Of a stretch of 63,599 nucleotides of DNA, positions 10,623-20,790 are shown piece after piece. Position numbers and translations under genes: made by a program. The stretch is from contig JALSOR010000005.1 in assembly GCA_026986415.1 (NCBI GenBank), positions 1 to 63,599 on the forward strand, in the 5' to 3' direction. The stretch is from Acidilobaceae archaeon. Its GTDB lineage: Archaea > Thermoproteota > Thermoprotei_A > Sulfolobales > Acidilobaceae. The first letter of the stretch is position 1. Every line of letters starts with the position of its first letter. Below the pieces are notes generated by a model that had not been told where the DNA came from, did not search any database, and worked only from the letters and a program-made list of their open reading frames with translations.

Positions 10623-10668
10623 TCTGTTACACCTCTAGGGCCTGCTAGGCTTTACCCCTCTTATCTAG

Positions 10669-11007
10669 TCAGAATACACTGTATAATTCCTCCTTTATAT
10701 CTGGATCAACATATGCATTTCTATGTATTCTATGCCCAAACCTAACAAGTACCTTTGCCTCCTCTCCTGTAACTCTAGTTTTGCACGTACTACACCAGTA
10801 TAGTTCGCCCGGTTTCACCTTTATAGGTTCAAAATTATCACAACTATCAGTGTCAAACGTCATTTTATTATGCTTTTCACAGTATCCTATGTAGGGATAG
10901 AAAACGTTTGGCCGCCAATACTTGCAGTACGCGCACATTTTAACCGTAGAACGGCTGGGGCTCTTCTCGCCGTCTCTCCTGGCTTCCTGCATTGTGAATG
11001 CCTCCAA
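10669..11007 (-). CDS. Small Cys-rich protein (putative metal-binding), unknown family
   Basis: 112 aa with CAYCKYW...GYCEKH...SCDNFEP...CSTCKTRV. It lies directly downstream of the OFOR genes. Confidence 0.45.
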   Translation of the reverse strand: MEAFTMQEARRDGEKSPSRSTVKMCAYCKYWRPNVFYPYIGYCEKHNKMTFDTDSCDNFEPIKVKPGELYWCSTCKTRVTGEEAKVLVRFGHRIHRNAYVDPDIKEELYSVF

Positions 11008-11085
11008 GGTTTAACTAACCATGGTTCTATGCTCGAACCTATGGATTGCAAGATATTATGGGTGGGGGAGAAAAAGCCTGCGTAT

Positions 11086-13536
11086 TTAGAGTTTCATTAG
11101 CTTCTCAAGCATTACTCTCCTTTCTATGCTTGCAACTAGCCTTCTAGTTCTCACTACGGCGTCCGGGTTCACGCTTATCGAATCTATCCCTGATCTGACG
11201 AGGAACTCTATGAGTTCCTGGTATACGCTTGGAGCTTGTCCGCATATGCTTGCTGTGATGCCGTTTCTGTGTGCCGCGTCTATGATCATTTTTATAGCTT
11301 TAAGTACTGCGGGGTCTCTCTCGTCGAAGTATCCCATCCTAGCGAGCAGTCCGCTATCTCTGTCGACTCCGAGCACGAGCTGTGTCAGATCGTTGCTTCC
11401 TATACTGAAACCGTCTATCATTTTGGCGAACTCGTCTGCTAGTAGGACGGTGCTTGGCACCTCAACCATTATCCAGACTTTGAAGTCTCTTCCCCGTTCG
11501 AGACCCTCATCCTCCATTATCTTTAGCGCTTTGCGTAGCTCCCATGTTGTTCTCACGAACGGGAACATAACCCACACGTTACGGAGGCCCCATTCGTCTC
11601 TGACCTTCTTTATAGCCCTGAGCTCTAACCGGAATGCCGGCTCATACTTGGGGCTTATATAGCGTGAGACTCCGCGCCAGCCTATCATCGGGTTGCGCTC
11701 GTCAATGTCCTCGTACTTCTCTCCTCCCTTTAGCCTCCTGTACTCGTTGCTCTTGAAATCGCTGAACCTGACGACAACCGGCCGCGGGTATATTGCTTCT
11801 GCTACTTTGGCTATCCCCTCAGCTAGCTTGTCTACGAAATAGACTCCTCTCCCCTGGTCGACAAGGTATAGCGGGTGGTATCCTATCCAGCTTGAAATTA
11901 TGAATTCGATCCTCATAAGACCTATACCGTCAAACGGGAGGTCCTTGTACCTGTCGATCTCGTCTGGCTGGCCGAGGTTCATGTATATCTTGGTGGCAGT
12001 AACAGGGTACAAGTTCACCAGTATTTCCGGCTCTATAGCGGCCTTGACCCCGGCCTTTTCTTCCGGCTTCTCCTTCTCGCGCTCTATAACACCACTATAA
12101 ACTACTCCTCGAGACCCGTCAACGGTAACTACCATGTTGTCTTTTAATACTTCCGTCGCGTTACCAGTACCTACAACGGCAGGGATCCCCAGTTCTCGCG
12201 CGACAATAGCGGCGTGAGCCGTCATCCCGCCCTCATCAGTAACTATAGCGGAAGCAATCTTCATGTAAGGTACCCAGTCCGGATCGGTCATTTTAGTAAC
12301 TAGAATATCACCCTTCTCCATTTTCTTCGCGGCCTCCTCGACTGTAAGCGCCACCTTGACGCGGCCGCTAGCAACGCCAGGGCTTGCCGGGACCCCTCTA
12401 ACTAATACTTTGCCTGTCTCTTCGGCTTTTTCTTCAACCTTCTCCTCTTCCTTCTTCCTCCTCTGGCTCCAAACTGTTTCCGGCCTGGCCTGTACTAGGA
12501 ACATGTTGTTCGGAGGTTCAATTTCCGAGTCAATCGCCCATTCGACGTCCATATGCCGACCGAAGTGTTCTTCGACTTTCAATGCAATACGTGCGAGCCT
12601 CTTAACCTCCTCATCGCTAAGGCTTGGCGTATCAGGCCTCATACCGAACTTCTCTATTAGCTCTGCTATCTCCGGGTGCTCTTTTTTCAGCTCGTCCAGC
12701 TCTTCCTCGGTGGAGGGTATTTTTACTTCTATATTCCTGCCTGTGCGTGGATCATAAAATAATGCCTTGGTCTTTTTGGTCGAAATCCTTTTCTCGATAA
12801 TATCTAACGTGTTTTTATCAACAACGAACGAGTCGGGAGTAACAATGCCACCAACAATATACTCTCCCAGACCCCAAATGGATTCTATCACGATCTTGCT
12901 CTCGTCTCCCGTGACAGGGTGGAGGGTGAACATTACTCCGCTACTTCTACTGTTAACCATCTTCTGCACTACAACTGCCATGTACGCGTCCTCATGCGAA
13001 ATGTTTAGGGAATCCCTATAGCTTAGTGCTCTAGCAGTCCATAGGCTGGCCCAGGCTTTTTTGACATGCTCGACTACTTCATCCTCCCCCTGGACATTTA
13101 AATAAGTATCTTGCTGGCCCGCAAAGCTAGCCTCGGGAAGATCCTCTACAGTTGCGCTACTCCTCACCGCTACTCGAGGATTCTCTACTCCCACCTTCTC
13201 GCCGAGTCTCCTATATGCTTCGACAATAGCGTCCCGCAGCTTTTTCGGCATTGGCGTTCTTATGAACTTGCTCCTTATTAGCTCAGCAACATGCTCGTAT
13301 TCCTCTGGGCTACCACTTTTTAGGTATTCTTCGAGAACATTCTTGATGTAGCCTGCTATGCCCGTCTCGTAGATGAACTTCTTATACGCCTCACTTGTCA
13401 CGACGAAGCCGGGTGGCACGGGTATTCCTGCACGTATCATCTCGCCTAATCCTGCAGCCTTTCCACCAACAATCTCGTGGTGCTCCTTTCCGACCTCGTC
13501 TAGCCATAATATGAATGGCTTTGCATGCGAGGCCAC
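11086..13536 (-). CDS. ppsA: Phosphoenolpyruvate synthase (pyruvate, water dikinase)
   Basis: 816 aa with [13 protein letters not shown]-grasp start, [21 protein letters not shown] phosphohistidine swivel and C-terminal GSNDLTQ PEP-utilising domain. Confidence 0.95.
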   Translation of the reverse strand: MASHAKPFILWLDEVGKEHHEIVGGKAAGLGEMIRAGIPVPPGFVVTSEAYKKFIYETGIAGYIKNVLEEYLKSGSPEEYEHVAELIRSKFIRTPMPKKLRDAIVEAYRRLGEKVGVENPRVAVRSSATVEDLPEASFAGQQDTYLNVQGEDEVVEHVKKAWASLWTARALSYRDSLNISHEDAYMAVVVQKMVNSRSSGVMFTLHPVTGDESKIVIESIWGLGEYIVGGIVTPDSFVVDKNTLDIIEKRISTKKTKALFYDPRTGRNIEVKIPSTEEELDELKKEHPEIAELIEKFGMRPDTPSLSDEEVKRLARIALKVEEHFGRHMDVEWAIDSEIEPPNNMFLVQARPETVWSQRRKKEEEKVEEKAEETGKVLVRGVPASPGVASGRVKVALTVEEAAKKMEKGDILVTKMTDPDWVPYMKIASAIVTDEGGMTAHAAIVARELGIPAVVGTGNATEVLKDNMVVTVDGSRGVVYSGVIEREKEKPEEKAGVKAAIEPEILVNLYPVTATKIYMNLGQPDEIDRYKDLPFDGIGLMRIEFIISSWIGYHPLYLVDQGRGVYFVDKLAEGIAKVAEAIYPRPVVVRFSDFKSNEYRRLKGGEKYEDIDERNPMIGWRGVSRYISPKYEPAFRLELRAIKKVRDEWGLRNVWVMFPFVRTTWELRKALKIMEDEGLERGRDFKVWIMVEVPSTVLLADEFAKMIDGFSIGSNDLTQLVLGVDRDSGLLARMGYFDERDPAVLKAIKMIIDAAHRNGITASICGQAPSVYQELIEFLVRSGIDSISVNPDAVVRTRRLVASIERRVMLEKLMKL

Positions 13537-13643
13537 AGTAGAATCACCGCATATATACTGTTTGGTGGCAATCCTTTTAAATTCCTATTTAAACACGTGT
13601 TATGATGCTTTCCGCCTGCAAGTCAAAAATCTAAAGTATTATA

Positions 13644-14954
13644 TTATAGTATTTTTATAATAAAATTATAAAGTTCTTCTATAGGAACGGTTTCCCTAAC
13701 ATCCCTATCAGGCGCATAAACCGTTGCTGACCCGCTCCTAACCTCGCGCTCACCAACAAATATTAGGACCGGGATCGAGAGCCGTGACGCTTTCTTCCTC
13801 TGCCTCCTCTCGTTTACACGGCCTAGATCTATCCTAGTCGGAATCCCTCTCCGCCTGAGCTCTGCCGCGATCCTCCAGGCATACTCGTAGTATTTCCTGG
13901 AGAGATATATTACTTGAACGCGAGTGACAGTCTTCCTGTCGAGCCTATAAATGCCGAGCTCGATGCCAGCATCTATTATCCTCTCAATACCTATACTTGC
14001 GCCTGTCGCGGGGACCTGCTCTCCTGTAAACATGCCTATAAGATTGTCATATCTTCCCCCGCCGGCAATACTCCCTATTTTTGGCTCGTCTAGCACAACC
14101 TCTATTATTGGCCCTGTATAATAGTCGAGACCTCTAACAAGGCTCAAGTCTATCCTGACACGTCCCTTGTCCAGTATATAGTTCAGCATCTCCCCCAAAT
14201 GGGCAACTGCGCTTGCAACGTTCTCGTTTGAAGCATAGGCAGCTTCAATCTCGGCCAACAAGCTGTCGGGGTCTCCTTCTAATGATATTATTGATACTAT
14301 CTCAGATACGATATTGTCGTCTAAGCCTAGCCGGGAGAGTTCGCCTTTAACCCCCTCGAGACCTATCTTATCTAGCTTATCTATAGCCCTATAGACCGGG
14401 AGAACATTCTTCAGACCGAGCTTTTCCTCGAATATGCCTCGTAGGAGGCGCCTGTCGTTTAGACGCACCGTGAATCCATCCTTGAATCCCAGCGATCTTA
14501 TAGCGTCAACCACAAGGTTAACTATTTCCGCGTCAGCCTCCGGGTAGGGGCTACCGACAATATCAGCGTCGCACTGGTAGAATTCCCTGTACCGCCCCTT
14601 CTGGGGCTCCTCATGCCTCCACACAGGCCCAATATGGTATCTCTTAAACGGGTACCCTATTCCTTTGTGCGTGGCTATGAAGCGTGCTAGCGGCACTGTT
14701 AGATCATACCTTAAAGCGTATTCCCGCCCGCTCCATGGATCCTTAAACCTCCATATAAGCCTAGACTCTGCCTCTTCCCCGTACTTTCCTGCCAGCGTCG
14801 ACCAGTACTCTACTGCCGGGGTATCTATAGGGTCGAAACCGTACGCTTGGAATACTTTTTCCAGTCTTGATAAGAGTTCTTTCCTCAAAATCATAATGTC
14901 GGGTGGAAAATCCCGGAAGCCTCGAGGCGGTCTCGCATTGACCCCCAAATTCAT
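13644..14954 (-). CDS. hisS: Histidyl-tRNA synthetase
   Basis: 436 aa with PRGFRDF, class II motifs (RYDLTVPLARF, FYQCDADIVG, GGGRYDNL) and an anticodon-binding C-terminal domain. Confidence 0.95.
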   Translation of the reverse strand: MNLGVNARPPRGFRDFPPDIMILRKELLSRLEKVFQAYGFDPIDTPAVEYWSTLAGKYGEEAESRLIWRFKDPWSGREYALRYDLTVPLARFIATHKGIGYPFKRYHIGPVWRHEEPQKGRYREFYQCDADIVGSPYPEADAEIVNLVVDAIRSLGFKDGFTVRLNDRRLLRGIFEEKLGLKNVLPVYRAIDKLDKIGLEGVKGELSRLGLDDNIVSEIVSIISLEGDPDSLLAEIEAAYASNENVASAVAHLGEMLNYILDKGRVRIDLSLVRGLDYYTGPIIEVVLDEPKIGSIAGGGRYDNLIGMFTGEQVPATGASIGIERIIDAGIELGIYRLDRKTVTRVQVIYLSRKYYEYAWRIAAELRRRGIPTRIDLGRVNERRQRKKASRLSIPVLIFVGEREVRSGSATVYAPDRDVRETVPIEELYNFIIKIL

Positions 14955-15238
14955 CCCCCTTCAGCCTGTTCTGCCTGGCCCGAGAGCCTCTCCATATAGA
15001 GGGCGAATATTTCGGTTGCAAGCCTCACTGTGAGGTAGATCCTCTCTTCGAGGCCTAACTGGCCGCAAATATCGACCCATACCTGTTGGATCGCACGGCT
15101 TAGTCTATCGCTAGAGGATAATATGTTGTCGAGAATCTCCTCAAGCTCTCCTCTGCGCTCCTCACTTATTCCTAACGCGCCATGCAGTGTTTCAGAATCA
15201 TGGTTAAACCGTTCCGGGCTCATACAGCATTCGTCCAC
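14951..15238 (-). CDS. Hypothetical small acidic protein
   Basis: 95-aa ORF whose TGA stop overlaps the hisS ATG (ATGA coupling). No family recognised. Confidence 0.4.
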   Translation of the reverse strand: MDECCMSPERFNHDSETLHGALGISEERRGELEEILDNILSSSDRLSRAIQQVWVDICGQLGLEERIYLTVRLATEIFALYMERLSGQAEQAEGG

Positions 15239-15275
15239 AGGCAGACACCAATACCAACTAAGCCCTGCCGGTTCA

Positions 15276-16283
15276 CTATATTCTCTTGCCTCCTACTGGT
15301 ACATCGCATTCCTCCTCGCTCACAACCGGGCGCCGAGACCTGGTGGGGAAGTACTCCAGCTTCCTACACCCGCTATTATCAACGTGTATGGCTTGGAGGG
15401 TCCCTCTACTTGTAGGCTGCTCGAACCATCTGGCATCCAGATACGAGAGCCTGCGGAGCCTATTCCTGGTCTGGATGGCATCTTTAAAGCGGGCAGGGCA
15501 GAAGTGGACTGGTATCGTAAGGTTTTCCTGGGCCCACTCCAACACTTCTATTGCCGCCTCCAGGGATCCCTCAGCCGTGAAAGGCCTTGTTTTGCTCTCT
15601 CTTATACCTCTAGCGAGAAGATGCCTAGCGTTCGGCTGGACAAATTCTAGCTCGTTGAGATTTGCAAATGCGGCTCCCCGCAGCTCAGCCTCTCTGAGAA
15701 CTCTCTTAGCCCATGCTTTCAAGCCTGGTCCTATAGGTATCTCTATGCCAGTATAGAGTCCTATCCTGACAGAGCGTTCTATTGCGCCTAGAAACGTGTC
15801 CCTAACAGGGTGGAATCGTATCTCGTCTAACCCCGCCTTTTTAAGCTCCTTTAGAACCCCCCATGTAGCATACCTCCCACTAGTATACAGGTGGACGTGG
15901 AATCTAGAACCGAAGTTATCCTTGAAAGCCCGGATGAGCGTGGCGACCCTGTGGGGGCGCGTCAGGGGGTCTCCCCCGGTAATGCTAGCGCCTCGAGCCC
16001 CCGATCTTGCAACTTCTAGCACGGCCTCCTCGACACTAGTAACCTTCTCCTCGTTAACATAGAAAACATCCCTCCCCAGCTTCTCCCTACTAACAGGACA
16101 ATAATAGCACGACTCGTCGCAGAGTCCTGTGACGAAAATTACGGCTTTCAGACCTGGGAAACAGAGCTGGCACCCGACCGGTAGAAGGGGCCTTGTGAGG
16201 AGGGCCCTATCGGGGTCTCCGAGGATCGGTTTTCGGCGCGGCTCTTCTAGAAAGCCTTGCATTCTGCCTGTAGTTTCGCCCAC
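15276..16283 (-). CDS. Radical SAM protein (pyruvate formate-lyase-activase-related, COG2108-like)
   Basis: CDESCYYCP CxxxCxxC cluster motif near the N-terminus, with a GGDP glycine-rich SAM motif downstream. Confidence 0.75.
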   Translation of the reverse strand: MGETTGRMQGFLEEPRRKPILGDPDRALLTRPLLPVGCQLCFPGLKAVIFVTGLCDESCYYCPVSREKLGRDVFYVNEEKVTSVEEAVLEVARSGARGASITGGDPLTRPHRVATLIRAFKDNFGSRFHVHLYTSGRYATWGVLKELKKAGLDEIRFHPVRDTFLGAIERSVRIGLYTGIEIPIGPGLKAWAKRVLREAELRGAAFANLNELEFVQPNARHLLARGIRESKTRPFTAEGSLEAAIEVLEWAQENLTIPVHFCPARFKDAIQTRNRLRRLSYLDARWFEQPTSRGTLQAIHVDNSGCRKLEYFPTRSRRPVVSEEECDVPVGGKRI

Positions 16284-16323
16284 GCCTGAAACCCTGGTAG
16301 GGATGCTTCTCCCGGGCTAGAGG

Positions 16324-16611
16324 TTATATTGCTAGTTTGGGTTTAACAGGCTCCCTCATGAAAGTTATTAGTCCTGCGTCTGTAAGGGCGTCTAGCACTT
16401 GCTGGTCGGTGGCTCCCTTCTCGATATTGATCTTCTTGTCCAGAGGCTCTATGTGGTCAATGTTCGCCCTTCTCCTCCTAACCCCTGTCAGCTGCTTGGG
16501 TCCTGTTATTAGGACGAAGTTCTCATCGATAATATCGACTATAACGCACTTCCTCCCTGCCTCTCTACCATAAGTCTTAACGCATAGACGGCCAACCTCT
16601 ATTGCCGGCAT
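16324..16611 (-). CDS. rpl14e: Ribosomal protein L14e
   Basis: [29 protein letters not shown] is a KOW-type start. ATG at 16611 has a perfect GGAGGTG 8 nt upstream. The ORF track start at 16656 is over-extended. Confidence 0.85.
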   Translation of the reverse strand: MPAIEVGRLCVKTYGREAGRKCVIVDIIDENFVLITGPKQLTGVRRRRANIDHIEPLDKKINIEKGATDQQVLDALTDAGLITFMREPVKPKLAI

Positions 16612-16671
16612 ACCAGTAACACCTCCACCGGGCCTCCACATGTGGACGGTTACCATTAAAAATCTGATTCT

Positions 16672-17277
16672 CTACGCTGGGAGCCCGTATCCTAGTAGTC
16701 TGAGCTTTTCTTCAACAAATAATTTAATAATAGAATATATCTTCTCTGGACCTAGCACGCTACTATCTACTACAAGGTCGAACACTGTATAGTCGAGTAT
16801 ATCTATTCCGTAAAGCTTGTAAAACCTGTCCCACTGGCTAGTCTCCCTCTCAAACGTCTCTTCTAGAGCTCTCGAGTAGCTCTTCCCATCCCTAACGCCT
16901 ATCCTTCTAACCCTCGTGAGAGGATCGGCTTTAACAAGCACTGCCACATCAGCTATACGCGAAAGAATCCAGGCTGCCAAGTGACTGTCAATCACTATTC
17001 CAGACATCGTATTCAGGGCAATATTGATCGTGCGCCTATCTATAACTAGATCTATCGTGGGATCCGAAGAAGCAAGCCTGCTAAGCTCCTCGAGACTCAT
17101 ACCTTTCTCTTTAGCTATAGACCGGAAAATACTCCCTGTAGTATAATATTCCAGCCCGAGATCCTTGCTTAGCCGTCTGGCATATGTTGTCTTACCAGAA
17201 CCCGGGGGGCCCGAAACAACGACTATTGGCCCCCTATTATGCTCTCCCTTATCAGCTCTGCGAGGCAGGCCGCGCAA
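16672..17277 (-). CDS. cmk: Cytidylate kinase, archaeal type
   Basis: IVVVSGPPGSGKTTYARRLSKDLGLEYYTTGSIFR. The only canonical start is TTG 17277, which overlaps rpl34e by 55 nt. The homology-expected N-terminus is at ATA 17226 (see findings). Confidence 0.85.
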   Translation of the reverse strand: MRGLPRRADKGEHNRGPIVVVSGPPGSGKTTYARRLSKDLGLEYYTTGSIFRSIAKEKGMSLEELSRLASSDPTIDLVIDRRTINIALNTMSGIVIDSHLAAWILSRIADVAVLVKADPLTRVRRIGVRDGKSYSRALEETFERETSQWDRFYKLYGIDILDYTVFDLVVDSSVLGPEKIYSIIKLFVEEKLRLLGYGLPA

Positions 17278-17495
17278 AGGACGCCACCATACGGTCTCTC
17301 AGGTCTTTTCGCGGTCTTAGACATTTTTGAGAGCCTGTTCGGCCTCAAACGGGGGACGGCATTCAGAGGGCGCCCACAGCGTGCACAACGCGCCTGGCCC
17401 GGACGTCTCTTCTCATAGTGGACTCTAGTCTCCCCTCCCGGAACTCTGACCATCCGCCTCCTTAGACTCCTACTCCTGTACGCAGGCCTTACCAT
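17223..17495 (-). CDS. rpl34e: Ribosomal protein L34e
   Basis: MVRPAYRSRSLRRRMVRVPGG...CARCGRPLNAV. The start is taken at ATG 17495. Confidence 0.85.
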   Translation of the reverse strand: MVRPAYRSRSLRRRMVRVPGGETRVHYEKRRPGQARCARCGRPLNAVPRLRPNRLSKMSKTAKRPERPYGGVLCAACLAELIRESIIGGQ

Positions 17496-17537
17496 CGCTT
17501 CCCGCACCCAGAGGAAATGATGTGTAGCGGAAACCGG

Positions 17538-17978
17538 TTATATGAAGTTTTCCCGCAGCATTGCGTAGTAGACGATGTACATCAAGAAGAATAACATGAA
17601 GCCTGCAATGACTAGGTGTCCTTCTACCACAACTGTTATGGGAGGAAGATCGTATACTGGAGGTAGAAAAGGGGACACGACAAGTACTAGAATACTCCCG
17701 GCTAGATAGCCTGTTACGAGTAGGATCATTTTAGTTAGAGTTGCCTTTAACACAATGCTCCTATTCTTCTTATATTCAGACTCCATAGCAGCCAGTTTTT
17801 TCGCTAAACGTTTAGTTTTTCTGACTCTTAGTTCTGATTTTAAGGCCCTATATTCTGCTATGAAACCGAGGGCTTCTAAAACCTGTTCTTTAGGGTAAAT
17901 GCTCCTGTAAATTCCAGCTGCAGAATAAACTATTAAAAATGGGAGAATTATTATTAATAATGATGAGTACGCGGACAC
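17538..17978 (-). CDS. DUF106 / EMC3-Oxa1-like small membrane protein (candidate archaeal YidC-type insertase)
   Basis: 146 aa with TM helix, a basic coiled region (RVRKTKRLAKKLAAMESEYKKNR) and two further TM helices. It holds the conserved position between adk and rpl34e in the archaeal secY cluster. Confidence 0.55.
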   Translation of the reverse strand: MSAYSSLLIIILPFLIVYSAAGIYRSIYPKEQVLEALGFIAEYRALKSELRVRKTKRLAKKLAAMESEYKKNRSIVLKATLTKMILLVTGYLAGSILVLVVSPFLPPVYDLPPITVVVEGHLVIAGFMLFFLMYIVYYAMLRENFI

Positions 17979-18013
17979 TCCCTAACACCACGTCCCAAGA
18001 AAAAGAGGGGAAA

Positions 18014-18625
<612 letters not shown>

Positions 18626-19993
18626 TCATCCCTCTCCCATAAGCTTTCTTAGGAGTGGGAACGTTTCGAGGGCGCGCTCGTATGATATCATCATGTAGTA
18701 CTGATATATAATACCGACAGCTAGGAGGATCCCTGTCCCTGTACCGTAGGCGCCGAAAATGTCTGCAACTATTGTTATTATCGCGACTATAAGGCTGCTG
18801 AGTGCTGTAAGCGGGTAGATGTACTTCGCTAGGATACTCTCCAGTATTTTGGGGTTCCGCCTCATGCCTGGTATTTCAAGCCCGCTTTTGATAAGCCTGT
18901 CTGCCTGCTCGCTCGGGTTTAGACCTGCGAGTTCCACCCACATATAGCCGAACAGTATTGAGAGTATTGTCCAGCTTATGGCGAATGTGAGCGTTCTTAT
19001 CGGGTCGGCCACTGCCATGAGTATCCCGCGAGGCGGGCTCATATAGTATACGAAGTCCCTGTAGTAGATGTACGCCTTGCTTGTAACCCCTACAATATTT
19101 CCTATTATAGTCTGGAAGAGCTGTAAGTCTGCAACTAGAATACCGACGAGCAGTATGGGTATGTTCGTAACATACATGAACTGGAGGGGGACCTTGCTCC
19201 TGATACCTCTCATTCTAGGGCTTGTAACCGGTATCTCAACTCTCATCGCCTGGGTGTATACTAGGAATAGTATTATCGCGAAGGTTGCTACAAGGCCTGT
19301 CAGGTCGGGAAGCCCGTTCGGCCTCGCGAGCAGTAGGATCGAGGGCTGCTTTATGAGCGCTGGTATGAAACCATAGGTTTCCGCGTACCGCGGGATATAG
19401 CCGAGCAGGCTCCAGAACATGTGGTATGCGACTCCTGCTAGGATGAAGAGGCTTATCGCGCTCCCTATACCCCACCCTTTCTGGAGCATCTCGTCCATCA
19501 GTATGACTATGAAGGCCGCAATGCTCAGCTGCAGTATGACTATTATTCTTGTGGTCCAGCTCGGAGTTATCCCGGTCCCCTGCCAGTACTTATTGCCAAT
19601 AACGTACATTGTGGCTTCAAAAACAGCGAAGAGTATTGCCAAGCTCTTCTCCGCGGCCGTGAATATCCTTCTAGACTCTGGATCGTCAAGGTCGATGTCT
19701 ATCAGCTTAGCGCCAGCTAGAACCTGTAGGATCAGGCCTGCAGTAACTATAGGTCCTATTCCGAGCTCCATGAGAGTTCCAGCATTACTAGCGAATATTA
19801 TCTGCTGAAGGCTCACCCTTGACTGGAGGTTCTGTGCCGGAATACCGTAGAGGGGTATATTGCTCATAACAAGATACAGGACAAGCACTATACCTGTCCA
19901 AGCCAGCCTCCTGTAAAGCGATGGTTTAGGCACCGGCTTCTTTACTGTTGGGAACCTGTCAGCAATAGCTGCTAGAGCCTCTAACACGCCCAC
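18626..19993 (-). CDS. secY: Preprotein translocase subunit SecY
   Basis: 455 aa with 10 TM segments, and typical LMELGIGPIVTAGLILQVL and YVTNIPILL stretches. Confidence 0.95.
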   Translation of the reverse strand: MGVLEALAAIADRFPTVKKPVPKPSLYRRLAWTGIVLVLYLVMSNIPLYGIPAQNLQSRVSLQQIIFASNAGTLMELGIGPIVTAGLILQVLAGAKLIDIDLDDPESRRIFTAAEKSLAILFAVFEATMYVIGNKYWQGTGITPSWTTRIIVILQLSIAAFIVILMDEMLQKGWGIGSAISLFILAGVAYHMFWSLLGYIPRYAETYGFIPALIKQPSILLLARPNGLPDLTGLVATFAIILFLVYTQAMRVEIPVTSPRMRGIRSKVPLQFMYVTNIPILLVGILVADLQLFQTIIGNIVGVTSKAYIYYRDFVYYMSPPRGILMAVADPIRTLTFAISWTILSILFGYMWVELAGLNPSEQADRLIKSGLEIPGMRRNPKILESILAKYIYPLTALSSLIVAIITIVADIFGAYGTGTGILLAVGIIYQYYMMISYERALETFPLLRKLMGEG

Positions 19994-20131
19994 ACTAATT
20001 CACCCGCCCCGAGAGAGCAGCCTCCACTTATCGAAGCGCCCCCAGCATGCTGAGGCCGGAATGCGGCGTCCACTGCATTGAGCGGATACCCTACTAGAAT
20101 AAAAGGATGAATGGTTTCCGGGATAAGAGAG

Positions 20132-20140
20132 CTTTATATA
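20132..20140 (+). promoter_or_regulatory. TATA-box-like element upstream of tRNA-Leu
   Basis: CTTTATATA within GCTTTATATA. The same decamer precedes the thermosome gene. It lies 53 nt upstream of the mature tRNA 5' end. Confidence 0.4.
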
Positions 20141-20192
20141 AGGCTATCTACACAGGTTATGGTGGGATACGGGACTCTGCCGGTGAGAGCGT

Positions 20193-20280
20193 GCGGGGGT
20201 GCCCGAGCCTGGTCAAAGGGGTCGGGCTCAGGACCCGATGGCGTAGGCCTGCGTGGGTTCAAATCCCACCCCCCGCACCA
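20193..20280 (+). tRNA. tRNA-Leu (anticodon CAG), class II with long variable arm, CCA encoded
   Basis: Acceptor GCGGGGG/CCCCCGC; anticodon stem TCGGG/CCCGA with loop CUCAGGA; variable arm TGGCGTAGGCCTGC; T-arm GTGGG-TTCAAAT-CCCAC; discriminator A followed by CCA. Confidence 0.9.
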
Positions 20281-20303
20281 CAATCCTGAAACCCGCTTGC
20301 CAG

Positions 20304-20771
20304 CTACTTCTTGAAGAACTCGAGCCTATTAGACGCTAGAATTTCTAGCCTACCCTCTATCTCCTCGCACGATTCGTTAGCGGCTACCATTCCTAGACCA
20401 CATTCCTCCTGTACTGTTCTTTCAGGCTCTTCCCCGCTATTGAAACTTATGATAGCTATGCGATTGACGCTTCCAAGCATTTTATCGATAAGGATCCCCA
20501 CTTGGCTTATTCCTGTTAGGAGTGAGAGTATTCTGAGACCCCGATTGCGTATGCGCGGTTTACCCTGTTCTTCTTCTACTAGTGCGTAGATCGCTGCTAT
20601 AGACAGGACGCACTGGTCTACGTCTCGTAGGGAGCTAGGTAGGAGTACTATTATTGATCCCTTCTTTTCTGCTTGCTTGAAAATATGCCTGCAGTTTTGG
20701 AGTACCTCCTCGGCGCTCATCTCCTTTTCTAAACTATAAATTCTTGTTTTAACATGTACTCCGAGCACCAT
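20304..20771 (-). CDS. Possible Cgi121 (KEOPS subunit)
   Basis: 155 aa. CVLSIAAIYAL...RNRGLRILSLLTGISQVGILIDKMLG resembles the archaeal Cgi121 core (H.L.A...E.L...G..QI...I...G). The assignment is from memory of the family pattern only. Confidence 0.4.
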   Translation of the reverse strand: MVLGVHVKTRIYSLEKEMSAEEVLQNCRHIFKQAEKKGSIIVLLPSSLRDVDQCVLSIAAIYALVEEEQGKPRIRNRGLRILSLLTGISQVGILIDKMLGSVNRIAIISFNSGEEPERTVQEECGLGMVAANESCEEIEGRLEILASNRLEFFKK

Positions 20772-20790
20772 CAGGTTACACCGGGACTTA

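Noticed and set aside
11126-13660. Plus-strand ORFs of 66-178 aa (11126..11662, 11236..11442, 11900..12100, 12356..12757, 12767..13021, 13373..13660) that lie inside or overlap ppsA
   Set aside because: These are antisense shadow ORFs of a clearly homologous 816-aa gene. Their translations are Ser/Leu/Thr-rich low-complexity sequence with no motifs.
15123-16320. Plus-strand ORFs up to 175 aa overlapping the radical SAM gene 15276..16283
   Set aside because: These are shadow ORFs in GC-richer DNA. The minus-strand frame carries the CxxxCxxC radical SAM motif.
20107-20314. Two 60-67 aa ORFs on the plus strand
   Set aside because: They run straight through the tRNA-Leu gene, so the RNA gene explains the region.
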